Shown here: in pieces, positions 12,899-24,660 of the stretch
How positions within the stretch are numbered: position 1 is the stretch's first letter
How the letters are laid out: every line of letters starts with the position of its first letter
NCBI RefSeq assembly: GCF_036321535.1
Contig: NC_087437.1
Span: 121,708,001 to 121,772,000 of the forward strand
Source of the DNA: Camelus dromedarius
Taxonomy: Eukaryota
Direction of reading: 5' to 3'
Length of the DNA stretch: 64,000 bases
Made by a program: the position numbers and the translations under genes
The notes under the pieces: model-generated
Told to the model about the DNA's origin: nothing
Databases searched by the model: none
Seen by the model: only the letters and a program-made list of their open reading frames with translations

Positions 12899-13489
12899 CT
12901 TGTAAGTTGTGGTCACGGCAGCCTAGCTGAAGCCACACCACCTCCGCCGCCGGCCTGCGTCACACCCACCGACTCACTGAGGTGCCGCTGTGTGGGCCGG
13001 GCCGTTCCTGGGACTGGCGGCTGGCTGGGGGTGCGGGGACACCCATGGTGGGCTCTGACTTTGTCTGGGGCGGCCGCCTGGCCCCGTCTGTGCCCTGGGT
13101 ATGGGCATGGCTGCAGGTGGCACCGACTGTATTTTGCACCAAGGACGAGAGTTTCTCTCAAGATTTATGTCTCCAGATAAATGTCAGAAAGGCTGGTACT
13201 GAAGGACGGGCCGGTGGGACCCCCCGAGCCATCGCTGGGCACTGTCTTTAGGGAAGGGATCTGGGCCCCTCCGGCTGTATAGTGCAAATTTCGTGTTTTT
13301 AAAAACAACTTTATTTTGTAAGGTTAAGCAAGGCAAGCAGGAAGGCACAGTTAGTATTTGAAACCCTGAACAGTCCGGGACACGGGAAGAGAAGGCCCCC
13401 CCCCCCCGCCGTCTCTGTTCACCGTCTCTTGTTTTCACACACATTTAACCCGTCCTGCGGCCTGGGGGCTGGGCCCAGGTGGGGCTGAC

Positions 13490-13548
13490 TCAAAACAGGA
13501 ATTGTTCAGGTGCTTGTATGGGTGCAAAGAAGAACTAAAACCCATCTT
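13490..13548 (-). pseudogene. Antisense candidate exon
   Basis: aatttcattctcctccag| DGF*FFFAPIQAPEQFLF* |gtcagc; phase-1 start matches the 13891 donor. Confidence 0.5.
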
Positions 13549-13890
13549 CTGGAGGAGAATGAAATTGGACATAAAGAGCATACGCCCCAGGTCATGCCGT
13601 GTGCTGGTGACAGGGCCTCACTTGCTCAGGTGCCCCCCGACCCCGGGGGGAGGCGAGGGAGGACGCCAGGGTGGGACGTGTGCTGAGCGGGCATGGGGGG
13701 CAGCTGTCTGTCCCCGGCCCGCCAGGGACTGTGGGCAGCACACAGTTAGCGGAAGGCCCCTGTGGGGAGCCAGGGGCTGGGAGCCTCGACGTCCGAGTTC
13801 TCTCATCACTAACTGAGGCCGCGAGGCCCCCTCACATGAAAGCCCCTTTGTGTGCACCTGCGGCCGGCTCTGCCCCGGGCTGGCGCTCAC

Positions 13891-14011
13891 AGGCCTCGGA
13901 ACAGGTATGGATGGTCCTCTTGCTCGAGAATGTCCCCACGGGCACCTTGAACACCTTCCTCCTTTCTTGGCGCTATCAGCGCATGATGCTGCGATCCGCG
14001 TCCAGTTGTAT
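13891..14011 (-). pseudogene. Antisense candidate exon with two adjacent stops
   Basis: tgacctttcccctccttctccag| IQLDADRSIMR**RQERRKVFKVPVGTFSSKRTIHTCSEA |gtgagc; 121 nt, phase 0 to 1. Confidence 0.7.
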
Positions 14012-17000
14012 CTGGAGAAGGAGGGGAAAGGTCACACTGTCTAGACACTAATCCAGCACCGTTGCCTTTCTTCCTCGCCCGTATCCCGGCAACAGGATTA
14101 CGGCAGGCGTGGGTGGCACTCCCGAGGCCCTGGAGCGCCGGTCCCCGGTCCTCCTGCTCTCCGGAACCTTCTGGGGCCAGTGGTGGGGGTGGGCAGGGCA
14201 GGTGCGTGGAGGCCCGCAGCCCTCAGGCCTCAGTGTGCTGGCCTCCAGCAGAGGGGGACCCAGCACCCCCGGGCCCGGGGCCTCAGTGGGCAGGTGTGCG
14301 TGGCGAGGGTTCCGTGGTCCAGCCTGCACGTTCGTGCCTTTTACCAGGAACCACCGAGCGGCCTTTGTCCCCAGTGTGGCCCCACCCTGGAAGGCTGGCC
14401 CCTCCTGCGGCTCCAGACGGGCCCCCAGTGTTGTCTACACTGGGTCCTACCCGGCATCAGCCTAGCTGGTGCCTGTGTGGGTCCCCGCAGCGCCCTGTAG
14501 GCTCCCTGGGGACAGATGCACAGACAGGCTCTGGGCAAAACCAGACTTTGTCCCTGGCAGCAGCCCTTACGCTTCGTCCTAACCTGAATGTCCAATCCCG
14601 TGCCGCGTACTTAGCGGCCCTTGACAAGAGGCCCACCCGGGGTTGGGCCTGGTCGGTTTGGGGTCTGTGCCTCTGAACCAGGAGTGATGGCCTCGGGCCC
14701 GGGGTTGCAGGGCCAGCAGTGGCTGGATGGGGTCGGGGGGAGAAGGAGGTGAGGGTGGGAGGCTGAGGTTGAGTGTGCGTGAGAGCAGCAAGGCTGTGCC
14801 GAGTAGCAAAGAGTCCTGACTTCATTCCCAGGGGGCAGAGGTCCGCATGGGTCAGCCCCGCCCTCCTCCTCTGTCTGATCGTCCTTTGGGGCCTCAGTCA
14901 GGTGACGCTCCCCTCCCCTGGCCCCGTCCGGTGGCCCCTGCTGTAACCCGAGAGGTGGGGGTGGCGATAGGGGTGCCTCGCTTGTGCCCCCTCCTGAATG
15001 CGAGGCTGGCGGGGACTTGGGCACGACTCTGGTTGGTGTCCAGTGGACGCCCCCTCCTGAAGGTGAGACCATCTGTAGTTAGCAGACTTGAAAGTCGCTC
15101 ACAGTGAGGAGGCAGGTTCTCCTCTTCAGCTGAGCATGCTTGCATTTGGTTAGAAACCGTCCTTCCTCCGGCTCTTCCCGAGGAGTTCGGGGTGGGGAGC
15201 CGACATGGTAGGCGGCGTCTTTGCTCGGAGCTGACCGGGGCTCACACTGTTTAAGCTTGGCCCCTTGTGTCTGGTGCCTCTTTACATGGAGCCCCCGCTG
15301 CTGCCGGCTCCGGGAATAGGCAGTGCCCATCACAGGGGCTGGGAGGGCCTGCGAGATCTTCTGGGCCCCAGAGTTGGGGACCTGCTTGTACCGGAGGCAC
15401 GAGAGGCCGTCCTCTGCCCACGGCTACCCTGGGGTGGCTGGGCCCTGAAGGAGCCACTGGGGCCTGCTGCTCTCGGACACACCGGTCTCCCACTGGTCTG
15501 ACCAGGCCCGAGGCTGTCCTTCCTGCCTCCCACCTGCTGACCATCCGTTTCGGCCGCTCCAGGCAGCCCCCTTGAAAGCCCCTGAAAACCCCAGCATCCC
15601 AGTGGGGGCCTGGAGGAGGTGGCCGGCACTGGCCCTGGATGGGACACTGCTCAGTTCATGGGCGTCCCTGAGGCCCGTGGGCAGGGCCTGCAGCCCCTGG
15701 TGGTGGCCTGGCCAGGCCGTCGGGCGGGCCCAGGCTGAACTGTTAGGCCCAAGAGCAGCCCAGGGGAAGCTGTGGGCGGAGCACGGATCCCTGTCCTTCC
15801 AAACTGCAAGGTGGAAACCACAAAGACCCAGCCACGATCCCCAGTGCCCTGAATCCAGGGGCTCAGGCCGGGTGTCAGAGGCAGCGTGAGGGGCCGGCCT
15901 GCCGCTGTCACCGTCCTCCTGGTCTGTGAGTTTGTTTCCGCGCACGAGCTCACCAGAGGGCCACAGGCCCCGTGCGGATTAAAGTGATGACAGCCACAAA
16001 CTCGAGGCTTCCCAGATGCCAGAGGCTGTGGCTGGACGCTGTCAGTCTCACCGTCATTGTGGGGAGGATTTAGCCGTGTGGCTCTTGGCCCCCAGATCCC
16101 CACGCCGGGCCTCCGGCGTGGGTGTGTGGTCCCGGCCCTGCCTGTGCTCTCCCGTCTTCCAGACTCATTTCTCTGTTGGAAGGGTCCCTCCTGCGCTCTT
16201 CGCCTCACGGCGCTGAGGGGCCCTGGGAAGGGAGGGGGCCTGGGCGGGATGTCCCGTTGCTGACGCCGGAAGTTCCCCCAGCGTGTCCTGCCTCCCTGCC
16301 TCTCCCGGCCGTGGCCCCTTGGCTGGGGGAGGGTGCAGAGCCTGGGGTGACGGGGGCCCTGCTCCGCACGTGGTCCAGGAGGGCTCCTCCCCGCCCCGGA
16401 AGGGATTGGCGCACGCTGCTCTGAACTTGGTTCTGTCTGACTTTCAGCCCTAATGACTTGAGGGGCTGGTGAGCATCCAGGACGCCCAGACCCCAGGACT
16501 CCTGTTCGCATGTGGGAGCTCACACAGTGGGGCTGCCTGCGGGCTCCCGGTGGCAGTGCACCTGCCGCCCGACTCGGCGCTGTCCTTCCAGAATGCCGGG
16601 GAGCGTCGTCCGTGGGCCCGTTCGCTTCTTTAACATCAGGCGAGAGCGTCCCGTCTCTGCAGGTGCCTTGCCCGTGTGTGGATGGAGAGCAACTCATCTT
16701 AAGCCGCTGGTCTTTGACCACGTCTTTCCAAAGCACTCGGTCACCTTCCAGAGGTCGGTCCCTCTACGCTTGGCCTGGGGGGGAGGCTGGGCTTCCTCCT
16801 GTGTCCTTTCCTCCCTCTCTGTGCACCTACTGTGCACGGGGCCCTGCAATTGGGGGAGGACGTGCCCCCATGAACAGTCGAGTGGAGACGTGTGTCTGAA
16901 ATTGGGGCAGATTTTGGAGCAGCAAGGGCTCCCGGTTCCCTGCGTGTGTGAGAGCCTCCTACTCTCTGCCGGGCTCGGGTACCACGTCCTTTCAGTGACA

Positions 17001-17874
17001 GCTCGTCCCTGGATTGGCCGTGGGTTCACGGCGCATCTCCTTCCCCTGCAGACGCGTGCCGCTCAGCGCCGCCTCTCTGCCCTCCTCCTCCAAGTGTCCG
17101 GCGGCCCAGGCGGCCACAGGCCGAGGGGCGGGAGGACCCAGGCCCGGGGAGCTGCAGGGACTCGGCGGCCCCGGTGGTGGAGGAGGTGCCCGGGGCTGCG
17201 CAGAGGTAGGAGGGTGTGACGGGCGCTGGACGCACGAGCAGGCGTCTCCGTCCTGTGCTGGGGGGCATGGAAGAGGAGAACGCTGCCCCACCGCGTGACC
17301 TCTTTCCAAAGCCGGGCGCCTAAGGGCGCGCGCACGTGTGCACGGTGCCTGAGTGCGCATCGGGTTAAGCAGGGCCTCGCCGGGGCGCGTACAGGGCTGG
17401 CCCGCTGAAGCCCTCGGACGCCGTGTGACTGTGGGATGAGCTGGGAACGACAGAACTTCCCGTCCCCGTGTTTCCTCCCTTGTCTGCTTCCTTCTCACCA
17501 GAGCTTTTACATCAGAGTGTCGCCTCCCTTCCCCACCGTCCCTCTCCTTCCTACGTGTGCATAACGTTTCCAGGGATGGCAGGCCCCACGCCCCTCCTGC
17601 CCACGGCCCTGCTCACTCTGGGGCGGGGACCCCAGGAGGCGGGCGCAGGGGTCCCCTCACTCAGGACAGCCCCGAGGGGCTCCTTGCTCCCCTGACTGCC
17701 TCGCCACTCAGACCCCAGATCCTGGCCTGCCGCTGGGGTGCTGCGTGGTGAGAGAACCGCCTCCTCCAGGCAGGCCTCCTCTTGCCCCATGCCCGCCTGG
17801 CGTGGCCTTGCCTGCCAGCCTGCATGCTGGGGCCCCGCCAGCTCGGCAGGGCGTGTCCGAGTGGAGTTGCTCAC

Positions 17875-17989
17875 GTGCCGCGTGACCTGAGGACCACTAG
17901 GATCTGGGCTCTGATTTCCATCTCCATACACTGGCTCTGGCTTGTCTGCGGCTGGCTTGGGGCTCCGGGCCGTGGCTAAAGCCGTGGGG
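17875..17989 (-). pseudogene. Antisense candidate exon with one stop
   Basis: ctctcactttcctgtcag| PRL*PRPGAPSQPQTSQSQCMEMEIRAQILVVLRSRG |gtgagc; phase-2 end reads into the block at 17257 (TGRRRLLVRPAPVTPSYLC). Confidence 0.6.
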
Positions 17990-18499
17990 CTGACAGGAAA
18001 GTGAGAGGGCGCGGCCTCGGGAGCGCAGCCTGGCACCTGAGTGATGAGCTCATGACTGAGCAATGAGGTGCAGTGACTCATGGCCTCAGGGCCTCCCAGA
18101 CTCTGGCCTCTGTGGCTGCTTCCTGGCATTGTCCCAGGAGCCAGAGGACCCCAGGGCTCCTGGGTCAGAGCCAGCGCAGGTGGACATGCCCATGCCACCT
18201 CCCCCATGCAGCCCTCCTACTGCCCCTACTGTTCCCACAGGAGCACTTCTGAGAGTGCATCTTGCCTTGCTTTGTCCCTCAGGGCTCCAGGAGCATGTGG
18301 GTGAGAGGCCAGGGCTGGGAATGTGCTGTGGGATGGGGTGGCCTCTCTGGATGGGCTGAGCAGACTGGGGAAGGTGGTGACTGGCAGGGCGTGGCCAGCG
18401 GCCAGGACTGGAGGTCAGGAGACTCGAGGACACGGGGTGGGCAGTTTCCACGAGTGTCATGTGCTCTCTTTTATGTGCGCTGGGGGACAACCAGATTCC

Positions 18500-18850
18500 T
18501 TAACTTTTTTTGTTGGGGTGAAATTCACATAGCGTAAAACTAACCATTTTAAAGTGAGCAGTTCAGTGACATTACGTACGTTGACCGCGTCATGCAGCCC
18601 TCACCTCGTCGGGAAAGCCCACCCCCGCTGGCCGTCCCTCCCCGGCCGCCCTCCCCAGCCTGCCTCCCACTTTCCCGCTTCCTGTGTCTGGACTCGCCTG
18701 CTCTGGACGCTTCATGTGGATGGAATCCCCTGGTGTTTATCCCTCTGTGTCTGGCTTCTCTCACTGCCACCATCCTGTCCAGGCTCATCCACGTTGTGTG
18801 TCCGTGCTGAGTTTTTTTTTAACAGCTGAATAATACTCCAGCATGGGTCC
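18500..18850 (-). mobile_element. Old L1 (L1MB-like) 3' UTR fragment
   Basis: ttttgttggggtgaaattcacatagcgtaaaactaaccattttaaagtg...ctggcttctctcact...aggctcatccacgttgt...gctgaataatactcc. Confidence 0.8.
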
Positions 18851-21567
18851 TTTGGCTTTGAAAGCACTTTGTGTAGCTGAACCATCTGCAGACTCAGGAC
18901 AGTGGCTTTCCCTTAAAAAGGCCCCAGGCTGGATCTAGAGGGCCTCCTTCTGCAAATCCTGCGGGCAAGTGTGTGAACAGCCTCCCCAGTGGGCGGCGGC
19001 CTCTCTGAGGACCCAGGGGGACAGCAGGGAGTGGCGGGGGGCTGTCCTCTGCCGTTGGCCCTGAGCTCACAGAGGTGCACACGGATGGAAGGATGCGCGC
19101 TGTGTGGGAGAGGGCAGCGCAGGTTAGCTGGAGGCTCCCTGGTGCAGGGCTGGCTCGGGGTGTCCGTTCATTCATGATCCACCTGTCCGTTCACTCGTCC
19201 GCCCGCTGTGTGCAGTGTGGCAGGCCCTGTGGGCCGGACCTGCGTCCGGGGGGCTCAGTCCCAGATCCCCTCTTTCCCTCCCTGGGGTCCCATGATGCGG
19301 CCGGAGCATCTATTTCCAGCTTCAAGCTCTGAGCCCATGAACCAGCTACGAGCCAGCAACTAGGACCCACAGGCCTGATGGAGCACCTGAGAGTGGGAAA
19401 GGGGCAGGTGGAGCCTGGAGCCACGGCCTCTCCAGCTGTCCCCTCGACAGCTGTCTGTGTCGGTGGTTCTTCTGTTGGGCCAGATGCACTGCTGGTGTAT
19501 CTCCTGCTTACCCTGTCTGTTACCCTGTCAGCAGCGCTCGGCCGCGGCCTCCGCACCCTCTCTGAGCCGTGTGGCTGCTGCTGCCCTGGGGCCCTGGCTG
19601 CTGGCCTGCTCGTCGAGTTCACACTGGTGCCGGGGTGGGCGGCAGTGTGACCACGTAGTGGGGGTATGGTCACGTCCCTGCGGATGCCAGGACCCTCCGT
19701 GCTGGGTCCCAGGTAAAGTTCCAAGCAGGTGGAAGTTCCCACCACAGCTCCGATCACTCCTCGCCCCACCTTGGGGAGGCAGTTTGAAGTGATTGACAAG
19801 GCAGGAAGGGGGTCCTCAGCCACCTGCCTGGGTGCCGGGGAGGGGGTGCCAGGTGAAGTGCCCTGGGCTCAGCCACACCTGGGCCCTTGCAGGCTGCAGA
19901 ACAGGGGCTGGGCTTCAGGCAGGCCAGGGGCCCTTCGGTTACCCTGGTCTGGTCACAGAGATGGATGGAGGGCCTGGGGGGCTTCCTGGGCCCCTGAGGG
20001 CCCAGGGACGTGGAGATGGCTCATCCCGGCCGCAGGTCTGGTTGTTCGGTGTAGGGGGAAGGCCGAGACCACGTGGAGGGACCTTTTATGGCCTTCATGG
20101 CTGCAGACTCTTCCACAGAAGCCCTGCCCAGCCCTCCGTCAAGTAGGCATTGGGTCAGTGGGTCTGGCTGGGCTGCAGAGCCAGGGACACGAGGCTCTGT
20201 GCGCAGTCACCCCACGTGGTCGCCCCATGAGGCGGGTCCGCCTGGCAGCCTGGGGACTGAGACGGGAGGTCCGAATGAGCAAACTGAAGCCGGCGGGGAC
20301 GGCCACACCCGCCAGGTCCGCTAACCTGCAGGGGCTGCGTGTCCGTCCTGCAGACGCCCAGGCGTTTGTCTTCCAGGTGATTTATCTGCTAGGCTGGGGC
20401 CTGACACCCCAGGAGGAGGAGGTCACATTCCATTCACAGCAGCTTATCTGGGCTGTCGGGCGGGCCTGGGCGGGGCCTGAGACAGAGCAGAGCTCGGGCG
20501 GGGGCCGAGGGCGGCGGGGCGGGGGCGTTTACAGACCCCTCCGCTGTGCGCTGGCCCTGTGCGGCGCCCCCAGCTCACGCTGCTCACAGCACCCACCCCA
20601 CGCAGCGGCCACCCGGGCTGGAGGCCAGGCCCTGATGGCACAAGGAGAGGGGGACCCGGTCTGATGGAGGCCTCCCGGTGCTCCAGAGGCTGGTCGTGTT
20701 CCCAGGGCTCCAGCGGCTGTGCTGGGGACGTTTCTGAGCCCCACAGAATTCTCCCTCAGACCCGGGGGAGCCCCAGCGGCTCTCTGGGCTGTCAGTGTTT
20801 GTTACTTGAAGCAGTTTCAGACACAGGCCCAGCACAAACACGGGGCCGGCAGGGGCCAGAGGTGGGCCTTGGAGGAAGGTGAGAAAACAGGGCTGCCCAT
20901 GATGCCCCACTGGCCCTGCGGGTCCCCGGGGGGAGGCGTGACGGAGGGCCTCGGGGACCCCGCCCTTGTCTTGGGGAGTTTGGTCCAGTCGGGTTGCTGT
21001 CAGGTTTACTTGGACCAGACGCAGACCAAGAGCCCGGTGCCCACTCTGCTTCCAGACCCCCGCGCCGAGGGACACGGCCTCGGAGTGGGAGGGCGGCCTG
21101 CCGGGCCTGGAGCCCTGGGGATGGAGGGGGCGCCCAGAGGGGCCTCTGTGAGCTTGGCCGACCCGGTGGATCTCCGGGTGGGCTCCCATGAGGCACCCCC
21201 CACCCCGGAGGCCCTGCTGCGCCCGCGACAGGGCGTCACCCTTCTTGAGCAGCCCTGGGGCAGGTCACCTGGGAAGGACCCCTCTCTGCCGGCTGGTGGC
21301 TCGGTGCTGCCCCGTGGGCCCCGCCCGAGGTGCCTCCGGGGAAGGATGCAGCCTTGCCCCCTCCTGCCCACAGCTCGCTCACGTCTCCGTGGACGGAAAC
21401 TGCACTGATCAGACTGACCTCGTCGGCTGCCCGCCCGACTTCCAGAGAGATGCCAACCGTGCATTAAGGACACCCCAGAAATGCCCCCTGGTGGGTCCTG
21501 GGCCCCCTTCCCATAAGGACTGTGTGAGAAAACGCCAAAAGGTTCTCGAGAAAAACAGCAGCCTCAC

Positions 21568-21819
21568 AGATGTTAATCCTCTTTGAAACTTGACTTGACG
21601 GTTCAGCCAAAGGAAATAGCTCCAGCGGTTGCGTCCTGCAAGGGGTCGTGGACTCTCTTTAATGTTTGATTTCTTTTGAGCTCTGAGTCTTGCAGAAGAA
21701 CCAGGAGGCAGAAACATGCTGAATTTGTTCAGATGTCGGTAGGAAGTTTGGCTGATGGAACAGAACATTTTGTTCAATCTCTTAAAATTTAAAGTATCCT
21801 TTACTTTCATAGGTGTGTT
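21568..21819 (-). pseudogene. Antisense candidate exon (open frame in AT-rich sequence)
   Basis: tctgttcag| NTPMKVKDTLNFKRLNKMFCSISQTSYRHLNKFSMFLPPG...RNRWSYFLWLNRQVKFQRGLTS |gtgagg; 252 nt. Confidence 0.6.
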
Positions 21820-23016
21820 CTGAACAGACTTGAAACTCCTAGGTCATCACGACTGCTTACCTGCCGGGTGTGAATGGGACCATCCGGGTCCTGAGGGAGG
21901 CGGAGGCCGTCTGAGCTGTGAGGGGCCTCCCCTGGGCCGTCCAGGGGCCCAGGCGTCTGCCTGGAGGTGGGCGGGTCTCCGACGCCCTGGCCTTAGACGG
22001 CATCCAGGCTGGATTCAGGTTCATCCCACAGGCCTGGTCCCAGCACCTGTGAGGAGGCCCTGTGGCTGAGGCCTCTGTGGCTTCCCGTCCTGGGCTGACT
22101 TGAGAAGGGCCGGTCAGGGGGAGCGGTGCGGGCCGACCCCGTGAGGGGCCACAGCAGGGCCTGTTCCTGAGGCCTGGCTCCCATGGGCTTTGCCGGTGGC
22201 TGAGTGTCACAAGCATTGGCCGCGGGGTGGCTGTGAGGCTCTGAGAGGCGCTGAGAGGTGGCCCTCTCTGGGGACCCCAGTCCCGGGGGAGCACTCGGGA
22301 ACCCAGAGGACGTGGCAGCCTTTCTGCCCCCTGACACTGGCCTCGGGGAGCAGGACGCAGGTGCAGCGGCTCCTGAAACTGCTGTCTCACTTGGAGACCA
22401 GGAGCTTTTCCCTTCTGACCCCAGGCCGGCGGTGACACGTCCAAGTGGGAGGTTTGTCCCTCCTGCTCAGCCTGCCCTGCGACAGGCCCCCAGAGGGAGC
22501 AGCTCGGACTGTCTGCCTCAGCCTTTTTCTGACCAAGTGTTGCAGCAGGTGGTGGCCTGGGCTGGGTGGCGCCCAGTGTGGGTCATGTTGGGGCCTCCGG
22601 CTCTTCTGGGGGTGCCCTCTAAGCCAGGACGATGTGGGGGCATTGCAGACCACGACGTCCTCTGAGACAGGACGTTTCAGAGGGAACTGGTCTGCAGCCC
22701 ACCTGCAGTGCCCCCTGCAGCCTGTCCTCTCTTCGGTGACGCTGGTGTTAACCGTCAGTTGATTTCCTTGGGCTGCACGCGTGGGGACTGGTCTGAGCAG
22801 CGACCCCCGGAAGGAGGCGGTGTGGAGGGACGCATACCCTGGTCCTTCTCCTCCAGTGGGATGCGGCGTGGGAGCAGCCACCCTCCACCCTCCGCCCAGG
22901 ACCACGTCCAGCCATGCGGGGGTGGGGGGAGCGGCCCAAGTGACGCGGGGTCAGGACGGGGGGGCAGTGCCTGGCGCCCCAGTGGAACAAGCTGCCTTAA
23001 GCGGCCCGATGCTCAC

Positions 23017-23088
23017 TTGTATAACTTCCTGCAGATCACAGCTCTTGTAATTTTGAAGCTTAGAGGAATACCCATTTTCAACTTTTAT
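23017..23088 (-). pseudogene. Antisense candidate exon (intact, strong splice sites)
   Basis: ttaacagcccttcttcttccag| IKVENGYSSKLQNYKSCDLQEVIQ |gtgagc; 72 nt, phase 0/0. Confidence 0.7.
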
Positions 23089-24169
23089 CTGGAAGAAGAA
23101 GGGCTGTTAACTAGGCAAAAGGCTCGTCTTTGTTGGACAGTCTGGGCCGAGGCGGTGGTGGACGCAAGCCGCTGTCCAGGCTGCTCCAGGAAGGGCAGTT
23201 AGAGTGGACACCTGTCTCCGGCGTCCACCCCAGCGGCTCTGGGCCGAGAAGGACTGTCCCCTTCCAGGTTTGGGCCGGTCCAGCTGCCTGAGTTCTGGCG
23301 GGGGGGAGATGTGCACACACACACTTACACACACACCCGGGCGGGGGGGGATCTCCTGAGCCCACCCACCCTGCCCCGCCCGCTGACGTCTCCCCTCTCC
23401 TCCCGGTTCTCTGCGGCCCCTCCAGCCGCAGCCCTGGGCTCTGCTCTCCCCTAGGGCTGGTGGGTCTGGTTTGCAGACAGTGCTTCCCCAGGAGGAGGGA
23501 GGGCCGCAGTGGTGGTTCTGGAGAGAGGGAGCAGTTTGTTTGCCCAGTGGCGGGGGGCACGTCCGTCCATGCAGCTGGAAGAAAATGACTTAGGCACCCC
23601 TGCATGTGGCAGGACTGGAAACAAATTCCTGATGGCAGCCTGGAGCTCCTGGGCGGTTTGGGGACAGGACACTGAGCAGTCCCTGTGTGTTAACACTCCT
23701 GTATTCCGCATCACATAACATTTTTGCAAAGTATTGGTCATGACAGGTTAGGGGAAGCATGTCCTGGTCCACAGTTTGCGGAGCGATGGCCCCCAGGCCC
23801 CCAGGTGATGAAGGGAATTGAAGGCAGATTGTCATTCAGGCATCAGTCTGTGGCCTCCCGGGGAGGGGGGAGCTAAAAAGGACCCTCAGAGGGCAAGGGG
23901 GAAGGATGGAGGGTTGACTGCGTGGAAGTAGAAAGTAAATGCAGAAGGAAAATGAGAACAAAGCAGAGGAAAGTGCGTGCAACGCCGAGACAGAAGGAAG
24001 CCTGTGCCCTGAGGAAAGGGGGAGCCTGCAGCCTGAGCCACCCTGATGGAGGGGGGACCCCCGAGTGTGGAGGAATGGGGTCCAGGTGGGGGAGGGGCCC
24101 CCGAACTTGGAGATGCAGGTGCAGATGGAGGTGAAGAGCCGGCAGGAAGTGCAGAGCAGATGAGGGTCT

Positions 24170-24660
24170 AGCAGCAGCTTTAACAAATGGCCACAGATTT
24201 ATAGCTTAAAACACACAAAGTATTCTCCTAGCGTTCTGGAGATCAGACGTCTGACATAGGTCTCATTGGGCTAAAATCAAGGTGTGGGCAGGGCTGACTC
24301 CTTCCTGAGGCTCCAAGGGAGAACCTGTTCCTGCCTTTCCCAGCTTCTCAGGGCGCCTGCATCCTTGGCTCCTGGCCCCTCCACCTTCAGAGCTGGTGAC
24401 GACCAGACCAGCTCAGTCTTTCTCGTGGGGCCGTCCCTTTGGTTGTGACTTCTGCCTTCCTCTTCCCATTCAGGAACCCTTACGAGTATGGGGGCCCATC
24501 CAGATAATCCAGGATAATCTCTTTATTTTAAGATCAGCTGATCAGCAGCCTTAATCTGCCTGCATCTTAATTCCCTCCTGCCACATACTCTACATGGTCA
24601 CAGGCCCCAGGTGGGCAGGATGTGCCTGTCTTGGGGGCGGGAGGCACCATTCTGCCTGCT
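24170..24660 (-). mobile_element. MLT1D-like solo LTR
   Basis: taacaaatggccacaga...gggctaaaatcaaggtgt...cagataatccaggataatctc...agatcagctgat...ccattctgcctgc. Confidence 0.85.

Noticed and set aside
19378..19650. Plus-strand 90-aa ORF with a hydrophobic, membrane-like stretch
   Set aside because: No supporting gene structure; better explained as the reverse complement of purine-rich minus-strand sequence.
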